NCBI GenBank assembly: GCA_964387945.1
Contig: CAYLYX010000003.1
Location: 52,344 to 116,343 of the forward strand
Direction: 5' to 3'
DNA: 64,000 bases
DNA from: an uncultured Flavobacteriales bacterium
GTDB taxonomy: Bacteria > Bacteroidota > Bacteroidia > Flavobacteriales_D > Parvicellaceae
Of the stretch, positions 55,564 through 64,000 are shown piece by piece. The notes below the pieces were generated by a model. It ran no database searches and was not told where the DNA came from. It was given only the letters and a program-made list of their open reading frames with translations. Position numbers and translations under genes: made by a program. Each line of letters starts with the position of its first letter. Position 1 is the stretch's first letter.

Positions 55564-58236
55564 ATGAATAGCAAGTTTCTCTTTTTAGTGATCGTGAGCG
55601 GAGTACTAATTTCTTGTAACCCAAGAAAAGGAGCCGTGGATACAGACAACGTAAACGTGGGTGTTACCACTTCTCAAGTGGAAAAGGATGAGCCCGCTGT
55701 TCAGCCTGTGTATAATCCGTCAGAAACTAGAGTAAATGATTTGTTACACACCAAGCTAAATGTGAGCTTTGATTGGGAGAACAGACAGTTGGCGGGTGTA
55801 GCAACGCTGACCCTTACTCCTTACGCAAGACCAGTAGACAGTCTTATTCTTGATGCTAAGGCGATGGATATTAACAGCGTCACCATGGGTGATGGAACGT
55901 CAAAAATGAAAGACTTAGAATATAAGTACGATGGTTGGACGCTAAGAATTAAGTTGCCAAAACAGTACGTAAGAGGTGAGGAGTATATGCTCACCATTAG
56001 ATACATAGCAAAACCAGAAGAAGTAAAGCAAAGTGGAAGTGCAGCGATTGTTGAGGCAAAGGGGTTGTATTTTATCAATCATGATGGTAGTGATCCGAAA
56101 AAACACATGGAAATCTGGACTCAAGGAGAAACGGAGTCGAGCAGTACATGGTTTCCGACTATTGATAGTCCCAACGAAAAAACCACGGAAGAAATTTACA
56201 TGACCGTTCAAGATAAGTACACTACACTATCTAATGGACTTATGGTTGACTCAAAGAAAAATAACGATGGTACAAGAACGGATCATTGGAAGATGGATCA
56301 ACCACATGCTCCCTATTTATTTATGATGGCGGTGGGAGAGTTTGAAATAATTAAGGATCAATGGGTGCGGAAGGATAGCTCTATCATGGAAGTAAATTAC
56401 TATGTTGAGAAGAAATACGCGCCATACGCTAAAGATATTTTTGGAAAGACACCAAAGATGTTAGGCTACTTTTCAGATCTATTAGGAGTTGAATACCCTT
56501 GGCCGAAGTATAGCCAGATTGTAGTGAGAGATTATGTGTCTGGAGCGATGGAAAACACTACCGCTACCATTCATGGAGATTTTCTTTACAAAACAAAGAG
56601 AGAGCTGATCGATGAGAACAACGAGTCCATTATTGCACACGAATTGTTTCACCATTGGTTTGGTGATTTAGTGACCTGTGAGAGTTGGGCTAACCTGCCG
56701 TTGAATGAGTCTTTTGCCAACTATAGCCAGTTTTTGTGGGATGAATTTGAACATGGCAGAATGGAGGCCGATATGAATGCTTTTTCCGAAATGGATGGAT
56801 ACTTCCTATCCGCAGAGCAAGGAGGTCACGTAGACATGATTCGTTTTGATTATGCGAGTAAAGAAGACATGTTTGATGGGCATTCTTATAATAAAGGAGG
56901 GCGTATTCTGCACATGTTGAGAACCTATCTTGGTGATGAAGTCTTTTTTAGAGCACTTAAAAACTACCTTACAGAGAACGCATATACAGCCACAGAAATT
57001 CACGAATTGCGTATGCAATTTGAGAAAGCAAGTGGAGAGGATTTGAATTGGTTTTTTAATCAGTGGTTTTTGGCGAGTGGGCATCCGGTGGTTACCATTA
57101 AGCAGAGTTACGATGCAACACAAAAAGAACTTACAATAAGTATTACACAAAACCAGAAGTTAGAAGAATGGCCTTTGTACCAGCTGCCAATAGATATTGA
57201 TATCTACATTAATGGTAAGGTGAGAAGAGAAAGAGTTTGGGTGAGAAATGAATTGAACGAATTTAAGTTTAATGTAGATCAAGCACCTGACCTAGTAAAT
57301 GTAGATGCTACAAAAACTACACTTTGGAAGAAAGTGGATAGTAAAGACATGGATCAGTGGGTTTATCAATTGAACAACGCACCGCTGTGGTTAGATAAAA
57401 AAGAAGCGTTTGAGAAGTTGGAAAAAAGTAGTGATGACTATGCGATGGACGCAATTATGAAATCCTTGAATCACGAATTTTACGATGTGAGATTAATGGC
57501 GATTGGTGCATTGGATGGCTCATTAAAAAAGCGACCAGAAGAAGTGAAGAAAGCATTAGTTTCCTTATTGAAAAAGGAGAAGCACCCAGCTGTGCGTGCA
57601 GAAATCATTGATTTTCTTGGAGACAATTACGCTGATTTGAGCATGCTCAATCCTATTTTTGAGAAAGGATTGGAAGACGAGTCACTTCAAGTAGTAGCAG
57701 CCTCGCTAAAAGCGTACGCAAAGCACAATGGAGAAAAGGGACTGGCAAAAGCAAAGACGTATGAGTCACAGGAGTCAGCTAAGGTGCAATTGGCAGTGGC
57801 AGATATCTATGCCAATTATGGATCTCCAGCGCAGATGGAGTTTTTTACTAAAAACGTTACCGAGCTATCAGGCTTTAATAAGTTTACGTTCCTATCGCAC
57901 TACTTTAAGTTTCTTAAGAATCAAGAAGATGAAGTTACTGCAGAAGGAATTCCTGTTTTTATCGATGTAATCGAAAGTGACGGGTTGTGGTATGAACGAT
58001 TGGCAGGATATCAACTGTTGAATGGTTTACAAGCACATTTTGATAAGCGTGCCGGACAAATTGACAATGAAATCGCGAGTTTGGAAAAAGACGGTAGTTT
58101 ATCGGATGATAAAAAAATGGAGTTGGATAAATTGAAGCAATTCTGCATTTCAAAGAAAAATCAAATTAGCGGAAAGCTAGATGCTCTCAAGGCAAAAGAA
58201 GACGATCCGAATATCTTGCAGTACATGCCGAAGTGA
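55564..58236 (+). CDS. M1-family aminopeptidase N-like lipoprotein with C-terminal HEAT/ARM-like repeats.
   Basis: Lipobox (LISCN). GAMEN-like motif (SGAMEN) and HELFHHWFGDLVT...E zinc motif. The C-terminal ~300 aa are helical repeats. Confidence 0.8.
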   Translation: MNSKFLFLVIVSGVLISCNPRKGAVDTDNVNVGVTTSQVEKDEPAVQPVYNPSETRVNDLLHTKLNVSFDWENRQLAGVATLTLTPYARPVDSLILDAKAMDINSVTMGDGTSKMKDLEYKYDGWTLRIKLPKQYVRGEEYMLTIRYIAKPEEVKQSGSAAIVEAKGLYFINHDGSDPKKHMEIWTQGETESSSTWFPTIDSPNEKTTEEIYMTVQDKYTTLSNGLMVDSKKNNDGTRTDHWKMDQPHAPYLFMMAVGEFEIIKDQWVRKDSSIMEVNYYVEKKYAPYAKDIFGKTPKMLGYFSDLLGVEYPWPKYSQIVVRDYVSGAMENTTATIHGDFLYKTKRELIDENNESIIAHELFHHWFGDLVTCESWANLPLNESFANYSQFLWDEFEHGRMEADMNAFSEMDGYFLSAEQGGHVDMIRFDYASKEDMFDGHSYNKGGRILHMLRTYLGDEVFFRALKNYLTENAYTATEIHELRMQFEKASGEDLNWFFNQWFLASGHPVVTIKQSYDATQKELTISITQNQKLEEWPLYQLPIDIDIYINGKVRRERVWVRNELNEFKFNVDQAPDLVNVDATKTTLWKKVDSKDMDQWVYQLNNAPLWLDKKEAFEKLEKSSDDYAMDAIMKSLNHEFYDVRLMAIGALDGSLKKRPEEVKKALVSLLKKEKHPAVRAEIIDFLGDNYADLSMLNPIFEKGLEDESLQVVAASLKAYAKHNGEKGLAKAKTYESQESAKVQLAVADIYANYGSPAQMEFFTKNVTELSGFNKFTFLSHYFKFLKNQEDEVTAEGIPVFIDVIESDGLWYERLAGYQLLNGLQAHFDKRAGQIDNEIASLEKDGSLSDDKKMELDKLKQFCISKKNQISGKLDALKAKEDDPNILQYMPK

Positions 58237-58358
58237 TTCGTTTAACTTAGCTTAACGCTGAGTTTGATTCTCGCTATCACATTTCTGTTAAATTTGCATC
58301 TTATACACACGTTAGTTGTTCTCTTATTTTGTTTGGGAACGGCTAGAAAAAACTACAT

Positions 58359-60629
58359 ATGAGCAGAAAGCCAAGAAAAAAGGATGCATTAGATTATCAT
58401 AGTCAGGGCAGACCTGGGAAGATTGAGGTAATTCCAAGTAAACCATACAGCACACAGCGTGATTTATCACTAGCATATTCGCCCGGAGTGGCCGAACCGT
58501 GCAAAGAAATTGCAAAAAACAAGAAAGACGTTTACAAGTATACCTCCAAGGGTAATTTAGTGGCCGTTATTTCAAATGGAACAGCAGTACTCGGGCTAGG
58601 AGATATCGGACCGGAAGCGTCTAAGCCGGTGATGGAAGGAAAGGGGCTATTATTCAAAATTTTTGCAGATATCGATGTGTTTGACATTGAAGTAGATGCT
58701 TCAGACGTTGATAGTTTTATTCAGACGGTGAAAGCGATTTCTCCAACCTTTGGTGGGATCAATCTAGAAGATATTAAAGCTCCAGAAGCCTTTGAGATCG
58801 AGGAGCGGCTGAAGGAAGAGTTGAACATTCCGATTATGCACGATGATCAGCACGGGACAGCGATCATTTCGAGTTCGGCACTATTGAATGCCTTAGAAAT
58901 TGCAGATAAGAAGATTGAAGATGTTAAAGTAGTGGTGAATGGAGCAGGAGCTGCAGCGATTTCATGTGCAAAATTATATGTAGCACTGGGCGTGCAGAAG
59001 AAGAATTTATTCATGTTGGACTCCAAGGGACTGATTACTTCTAAAAGAGATAATACGGATAAATATAAACAGCTTTTTCAGCAGGATTGTGATGACATTC
59101 CATTAGACAAGTTAATGAAAGGAGCGGATGTGTTCCTAGGGTTATCTAAAGGAGGTGTGGTGAGCAAGGAGATGATCAAATCGATGGCTAAAAATCCGAT
59201 TGTGTTTGCATTAGCTAATCCAGAACCTGAAATTTCCTATGAAGAAGCAACTTCTGTGCGTGAGGATATCATCATGGCAACGGGAAGAAGTGATAATCCG
59301 AATCAAGTAAATAATGTACTTGGATTTCCTTACATCTTTAGAGGAGCTTTGGATGTTCGAGCCACTAAGATCAACGAAGAGATGAAGTTGGCAGCTGTTC
59401 GAGCGATTGCTGAGCTGGCGAAAGAAACTGTTCCAGACGAGGTGAATCAGGCTTATGATGAGTTGAATTTGAGTTTTGGAAGAGAACAGATAATTCCCAA
59501 ACCACTAGATCCAAGGTTGATTTATTGGGTTGCTCCAGCAGTAGCCAGAGCCGCTATGGAGTCTGGTGTTGCAACTGAACCTATTGAAGATTGGGAAGCT
59601 TATGAAAACCTATTGATGAAGCGATTGGGTCTTGATAACAAGCTCATGAAAAACATCGTGGCTCGAGCCAAAAAGAACCCCAAGAAAGTCGTATTTGCAG
59701 AAGCAGATCACTACAAAATTCTTAAGGCGGCACACATGGCATTGGAAGAAGGTATTTGTGAGCCTATTTTATTAGGGAAAGTAGATCGCATCGAAGCCAT
59801 GATAGAAGAATACGGGTTGGATTTCCCTGGTTGTGAGATCATCGACCCGAGGGAAGAGGAGCATCGTGAAAAGCGATATGAGTTTGCCGAAATTTTGTTT
59901 GAAAGAAGAAAGCGAAGAGGGTTAACGCAATATGAAGCAAGAAAGGAGTTGAGAGAACGAAACTACTTCGCAGCTGCGATGGTAGAAACAGGCGAAGCGG
60001 ATGCTATGATCTCTGGACTGACCCGAAATTATGCCGACACCATCAAACCAGCACTTCAAATCATTGGAGTGGATGAAGGCGTAAATAAAATTGCGGGAAT
60101 GTATATCCTGATCACCAAGGATGGTCCGATTTTCTTTGCGGATACTACTGTGAATATGGATCCAACAGTAGATGATCTGGTAGATATTACGCTTTTAGTA
60201 GCGAAAATTGTTCAGCGCTTTAGAGTTAAGCCAAGAATTGCGATGTTGAGCTATTCAAATTTTGGTTCTACTGAAGGTCCGCATGCTGTGAAGATGCGTG
60301 AAGCCGTGAAAATTTTGCATCGAGATCATCCAGATATCGTAGTGGACGGAGAGGTACAGGCTAATTTTGCGTTAAATACTGAATTGATGCAGGACTTCTT
60401 TTCGTTTAGCGACTTGAGTAAAAGGAGTGCTAATACCTTGATTTTCCCAACGTTATCTTCGGGTAATATTGCCTATAAGTTAGTGCAGGAAATGAGTGAT
60501 GCTGAGGCTATTGGCCCTATTTTGCTTGGAATGAAAAAACCGGTTCACGTCTTGCAAATTGGATCTTCGGTACGAGAGATTTTAAACATGATCATCGTTG
60601 CGGTAGCAGATGTACAGACAAGAAAGTAG
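58359..60629 (+). CDS. maeB: NADP-dependent malic enzyme (malic enzyme domain fused to a phosphotransacetylase-like domain).
   Basis: 756 aa. The N-terminus [14 protein letters not shown]...[14 protein letters not shown] plus the NAD(P)-binding region [15 protein letters not shown] match the N-terminal malic enzyme domain. The C-terminal ~330 aa are PTA-like. Confidence 0.85.
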   Translation: MSRKPRKKDALDYHSQGRPGKIEVIPSKPYSTQRDLSLAYSPGVAEPCKEIAKNKKDVYKYTSKGNLVAVISNGTAVLGLGDIGPEASKPVMEGKGLLFKIFADIDVFDIEVDASDVDSFIQTVKAISPTFGGINLEDIKAPEAFEIEERLKEELNIPIMHDDQHGTAIISSSALLNALEIADKKIEDVKVVVNGAGAAAISCAKLYVALGVQKKNLFMLDSKGLITSKRDNTDKYKQLFQQDCDDIPLDKLMKGADVFLGLSKGGVVSKEMIKSMAKNPIVFALANPEPEISYEEATSVREDIIMATGRSDNPNQVNNVLGFPYIFRGALDVRATKINEEMKLAAVRAIAELAKETVPDEVNQAYDELNLSFGREQIIPKPLDPRLIYWVAPAVARAAMESGVATEPIEDWEAYENLLMKRLGLDNKLMKNIVARAKKNPKKVVFAEADHYKILKAAHMALEEGICEPILLGKVDRIEAMIEEYGLDFPGCEIIDPREEEHREKRYEFAEILFERRKRRGLTQYEARKELRERNYFAAAMVETGEADAMISGLTRNYADTIKPALQIIGVDEGVNKIAGMYILITKDGPIFFADTTVNMDPTVDDLVDITLLVAKIVQRFRVKPRIAMLSYSNFGSTEGPHAVKMREAVKILHRDHPDIVVDGEVQANFALNTELMQDFFSFSDLSKRSANTLIFPTLSSGNIAYKLVQEMSDAEAIGPILLGMKKPVHVLQIGSSVREILNMIIVAVADVQTRK

Positions 60630-60631
60630 CA

Positions 60632-61270
60632 TTAACTTTTTTGAAGCTGATACTTTCGATTCCATTGGTAGAAACCGATGAAGGAAGAGATGAAGTAAAT
60701 GACTGTGAGCACCTTGTACTTGTCAAGTTCGCGTAGGTCATAAAGGTAAATGGTAATGCCATTGAGGATGATCCAATAAAGCCACGCACTAACAACTTTC
60801 TTAGCTTCCAAGTAAGAGGCGAAAAAACTGAAAAGAGTGGTAAAAGCATCGAGCCAAGCATTCTTTGCATCCGTGTAAGTGTGGAAAATAAATCCTACGC
60901 CCACGGCAGCTACTGCGCATGAACAGATCGCGATCAAATGATTTACGATAGACCATTCTCTAAAATTAACTTCAGCCGAAGAATCGTCTGGGGTGTCAAG
61001 TACTTCATCATTACTGTCTATCCGTTCATGAGAAGTGTTTGATTTTTTTTGATGCCAGAGATACCAACCGTAGAATCCAATAATCACATAATAAATGTAT
61101 AGAATGGATTCAGAGTAAAGTTGCGTTCGATAGAATAACCAGATGCTTAGTGCCGATCCGACAATGCCAAAAAACCAGCACCAAATTTTCTCCATTATTA
61201 TGAGCACCAGGTAAAGTAATCCGCAGATTATACTGGCCCATTCCAATAGACTATCTAAATTTACACTCAC
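60632..61270 (-). CDS. pnuC: Nicotinamide riboside transporter, PnuC family.
   Basis: The N-terminus LLEWASIICGLLYLVLIIMEKIWCWFFGIV aligns with the PnuC TM1-2 region, and the W/Y-rich motif YGWYLW is present. 212 aa with 6-7 TM helices. Confidence 0.7.
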   Translation of the reverse strand: MSVNLDSLLEWASIICGLLYLVLIIMEKIWCWFFGIVGSALSIWLFYRTQLYSESILYIYYVIIGFYGWYLWHQKKSNTSHERIDSNDEVLDTPDDSSAEVNFREWSIVNHLIAICSCAVAAVGVGFIFHTYTDAKNAWLDAFTTLFSFFASYLEAKKVVSAWLYWIILNGITIYLYDLRELDKYKVLTVIYFISSFIGFYQWNRKYQLQKS

Positions 61271-61282
61271 AGCGCAAATGTA

Positions 61283-62029
61283 ATGTTTAGAAACGGTTAT
61301 TATAAAACAGGAGTTAAAGCTCTCGATTCGAAAGATGTTAAGTTGGCTTTCAAGAACTTCCTAGCTTGTGATGAAACCTACCGAAAACAATACCTTCAAA
61401 AGAGTTTTTCAAGAAGCATTGATGGCTATTCTTATCTCGGACAGAAAGATAGTCTCAATCAGTATGATTTTGATCAGTTGCATTCGTTTGTGCTTTCAAG
61501 GTTCAATTCAAATACTGATTTTCCTTCTGAATTTCAGGATGTTCTGAATGACTTTTGGGATGGGCTACTAGACGTGGTAGTCCGAGTTGAAAAGCAAGTG
61601 ATTGAGCAATTGAAAGTTCCAAGTCTTAAAGAGTTTTACCAGGATCATATCGGACACATGATGTCTGCCAATTATTACCCGCCTGCAGCGAAAGGTTTGG
61701 AGCAACGTTTATCAGCACATAAAGACGTTTCCTTGCTTACTGTATTCCCTTTTGGGGTGGATGGAGAGCTGAAGTTCAAAGTGGAAGACCGATGGATTAC
61801 TGCAGATGCATCAGAGGAAATAATCGTATTTCCAGGATATCTGATGGAGTGTATTACAGGTGGTAGTGTTAAGGCGGTGGATCACAAAGTGGATGGTATG
61901 AATACATCTTTTTCAGAGCGGTTTTCATTTGCAATTTTCTCTATTCCAGTTCCAGCGCATTCATTTCAATTGAAAGGAAAACATTATTCCTCAGAAGATT
62001 ATATGAAAGAGTACCTGAGTTTATTCTAG
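61283..62029 (+). CDS. Small 2-oxoglutarate/Fe(II)-dependent oxygenase-like protein.
   Basis: The HxD...H motif (LSAHKDVSLLTV...GSVKAVDHKV) is spaced as in the 2OG-Fe(II) oxygenase double-stranded beta-helix core. It starts 12 nt from the divergent pnuC start. Confidence 0.5.
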   Translation: MFRNGYYKTGVKALDSKDVKLAFKNFLACDETYRKQYLQKSFSRSIDGYSYLGQKDSLNQYDFDQLHSFVLSRFNSNTDFPSEFQDVLNDFWDGLLDVVVRVEKQVIEQLKVPSLKEFYQDHIGHMMSANYYPPAAKGLEQRLSAHKDVSLLTVFPFGVDGELKFKVEDRWITADASEEIIVFPGYLMECITGGSVKAVDHKVDGMNTSFSERFSFAIFSIPVPAHSFQLKGKHYSSEDYMKEYLSLF

Positions 62030-62120
62030 CAAATTTATGATTATACTACTTGATTGTGCTTAATCATTGTGTCGTTTGGTGGTAAACTCTATATTTGTGA
62101 CTCACAGAAAATTAGCACGA

Positions 62121-62705
62121 ATGATTACCCATATTGATGGAATTTTAGAAGAGAAGAATCCGACCTATGCTGTCGTGGATGTAAATGGTATAGGATATAT
62201 GTTAAATATATCGTTAAACACGTTTTCAGCGTTGGCGGACAAAGGAAGAGTTCGTTTGTTTACGCACCTATCCATTCGAGAGGATGCACACGTTTTATTC
62301 GGGTTTCACTCGAAAGAGGAGCGCGAAATGTTCAGACACCTGATTTCGGTATCTGGTGTAGGGCCTTCCACTGCGCGAATTGTGCTCTCAGGAATGACGG
62401 CTTCTGAATGTGCTGGAGCCATTGTGAATGAAGACGTAGGAACATTTAAGAGTGTAAAAGGAATTGGCGCAAAAACAGCGGAGAGAATTATTGTGGATTT
62501 AAAGAATAAAGTGGACGCAGACCTTGTGGTGGGCGAAAAATTATTCTCTTCGAACAATACTATTAAGAATGAAGCGTTATCTGCATTAGTTGTTTTAGGG
62601 GTAGATAGGAAGAGAGCGGAGAAAATTGTCTCAAAAGCATTGGCTGATAATGGAGGCGATTTAACTGTTGAGGATTTGGTTAAGCTAACCCTGAAATCGT
62701 TGTAG
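62121..62705 (+). CDS. ruvA: Holliday junction branch migration complex subunit RuvA.
   Basis: MITHIDGILEEKNPTYAVVDVNGIGYMLNISLNTF... with two HhH motifs (GVGPSTARIVLS, GIGAKTAERII). Start moved to the ATG at 62121. Confidence 0.85.
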   Translation: MITHIDGILEEKNPTYAVVDVNGIGYMLNISLNTFSALADKGRVRLFTHLSIREDAHVLFGFHSKEEREMFRHLISVSGVGPSTARIVLSGMTASECAGAIVNEDVGTFKSVKGIGAKTAERIIVDLKNKVDADLVVGEKLFSSNNTIKNEALSALVVLGVDRKRAEKIVSKALADNGGDLTVEDLVKLTLKSL

Positions 62706-62753
62706 AATATTTTTACTTTTGCAGGTCTGAAAAATCAGGTAAGCACATATTTT

Positions 62754-64000
62754 TTGCGATTCATTGCTCTTCTCCTTTTCTTGGGAGCAGGAGAGACGTT
62801 TTTTGCCGCTGAAGGACTTGAGTTGTTCAAGGACATGGCAATTGACTCTCCTGATGTGGATTTGATCTATCCGATTTCGGGTTCAAACGATCCGTCTGTT
62901 CCAAGCGGAGGAGTCGTTGATGTGAATCCAGATAATATTCAGACAAACGTAGTTTACGACCCTATTTCTAATACGTATATTTTTACGCAAACGCTCCCTG
63001 ACGGAACAAATGTAGTTCCGCCAAGTTCGATGACTTTTGAAGAGTACATTCAGTATCAGAATCAACAGAGTAATCGACAGTATTGGCAAGATAAAGTAGA
63101 CGAGCAGGTTGACGATGCACGAGGCAAAGAAGCGGATTTACCTGATTTCGAAAACAATATAACCGAAGAATCCTTGATCAAAATTCCTGGATCTGACTTT
63201 ATCACGATAAAACCTCAGGGTTCTGCGGAGTTGAAATTTGGGATAAACATTAGCCGAACGGATAATCCTGTTTTACCTGTTAAGCAAAGAAGAATTACAA
63301 CCTTTGACTTTGATCAGCAAATTCAGATGAACTTGACTGGAAAAATTGGAGACTTCATGAATATTGGCTTCAATTATAATACCGAAGCAACCTTTGATTT
63401 TGAAAATAAACTCAAGCTGAACTACGCAGGTGATGAAGATGAGATCATCGAAGTGCTTGAAGCTGGTAACGTTAGTATGCCACTCAACTCATCGTTGATT
63501 CAAGGTTCTCAAAGTTTGTTTGGAATCAAGTCAAAATTAAGGTTTGGTCGATTGAGTGTTACGACCATTATTTCTCAGGATCGCGGACAAAAGAAGGAAA
63601 TTAGTGTTTCAGGTGGAGCTCAAGTACAGGAGTTTGAAATCAAAGTCGATAATTACGAAGAAAACCGTCACTTCTTTGTAGGTTATCACTTCTATGACAC
63701 GTATGATCAAAGTATGGCTACCTTGCCCGTGCCAGCGAGTCAGGTGCAGATTCAACGGATGGAAGTTTGGATTACCAACCGAACAAATACCTATACGGAT
63801 ACAAGAAATATCCTAGCATTCACGGATTTGGGAGAATCTCAGGCTGCGAACATGGAGAACCCCAATTACGCGAACAATAGCCCTTCACTACCTGACAACG
63901 ATCATAACACGCTCTACAGCCAGTTGAACAATAATGGTTCTATTCGTAATTATGTAAACGCCTCTGGGATTTTATCGGGCAATATGGGGATGCAGCAGAG
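62754..64000 (+). CDS. sprA: 5' portion of the T9SS/gliding protein SprA, running off the right edge of the window.
   Basis: A frame stays open from 62707 to the window end. The likely TTG start at 62754 gives a signal peptide (RFIALLLFLGAGETFFAAEG). The downstream sequence (...ELKFGINISRTDNPVLPVKQRRITTFDFDQQIQMNLTGKIGD...) resembles the SprA N-terminal region. The ruvA-sprA adjacency is conserved in Bacteroidota. Confidence 0.6.
   Translation, partial: MRFIALLLFLGAGETFFAAEGLELFKDMAIDSPDVDLIYPISGSNDPSVPSGGVVDVNPDNIQTNVVYDPISNTYIFTQTLPDGTNVVPPSSMTFEEYIQYQNQQSNRQYWQDKVDEQVDDARGKEADLPDFENNITEESLIKIPGSDFITIKPQGSAELKFGINISRTDNPVLPVKQRRITTFDFDQQIQMNLTGKIGDFMNIGFNYNTEATFDFENKLKLNYAGDEDEIIEVLEAGNVSMPLNSSLIQGSQSLFGIKSKLRFGRLSVTTIISQDRGQKKEISVSGGAQVQEFEIKVDNYEENRHFFVGYHFYDTYDQSMATLPVPASQVQIQRMEVWITNRTNTYTDTRNILAFTDLGESQAANMENPNYANNSPSLPDNDHNTLYSQLNNNGSIRNYVNASGILSGNMGMQQ

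Noticed and set aside
1-64000. Whole-window scan for CRISPR repeats, rRNA, tRNA, transposase/integrase genes and toxin-antitoxin pairs
   Set aside because: No spaced direct-repeat arrays and no tRNA T-loop consensus appear in any intergenic region of 70 nt or more. No DDE or tyrosine-recombinase motifs were seen. The region reads as core chromosome rather than a mobile island.

Overview
The window is a densely coding 64-kb stretch of chromosome from a member of the Bacteroidota, most likely Flavobacteriia-like. Three things point there: TAnnTTTG-type -7 promoter boxes, type IX secretion (T9SS) C-terminal sorting domains, and the gliding/T9SS genes sprA and porP/sprF. About 60 genes are supportable, most of them housekeeping. 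I found no rRNA, tRNA, CRISPR array or insertion-sequence/transposase.

Main landmarks:
- **Respiratory operon (175-9558, minus strand).** A complete alternative complex III operon, actA to actF, ends 24 nt upstream of the first 50 codons of a putative cytochrome c oxidase subunit II at the window edge. Three of its subunits carry unusual His-rich low-complexity segments.
- **T9SS theme.** A 1071-aa cargo protein with four FN3-like repeats, an orphan porP/sprF, a Kelch-repeat cargo gene broken by a frameshift, and the 5' end of sprA immediately after ruvA at the right edge.
- **Small-molecule and nucleotide metabolism.** An SDR, an ACMSD-like amidohydrolase, folK, two deoxynucleoside kinases flanking a flavin-reductase-like gene and a DUF3127 gene, bshB1, coaD, an O-methyltransferase, maeB and pnuC.
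- **Signalling/membrane-domain gene run (43587-49337, minus strand).** A co-directional run encoding a YfiR-like (DUF4154) protein, a TPR lipoprotein, a HAMP-PP2C (SpoIIE) phosphatase, an NfeD/YqiJ-like protein and a flotillin. A 1303-aa periplasmic-propeller / class III nucleotidyl cyclase / HD-domain sensor (39646-43557) lies immediately downstream; the run itself, the sensor, and the SSB-tailed DUF3127 protein are the three best candidates for undescribed biology in this window.
- **Iron and transport.** A ferritin gene is followed, with an 11-nt gap, by an extremely Lys-rich secreted protein. A tandem-NBD ABC ATPase carries a hydrophobic insertion in its first nucleotide-binding domain.

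A six-frame ORF track was supplied. Other names, coordinates and motifs below come from reading the sequence and from family knowledge; no database search was run.
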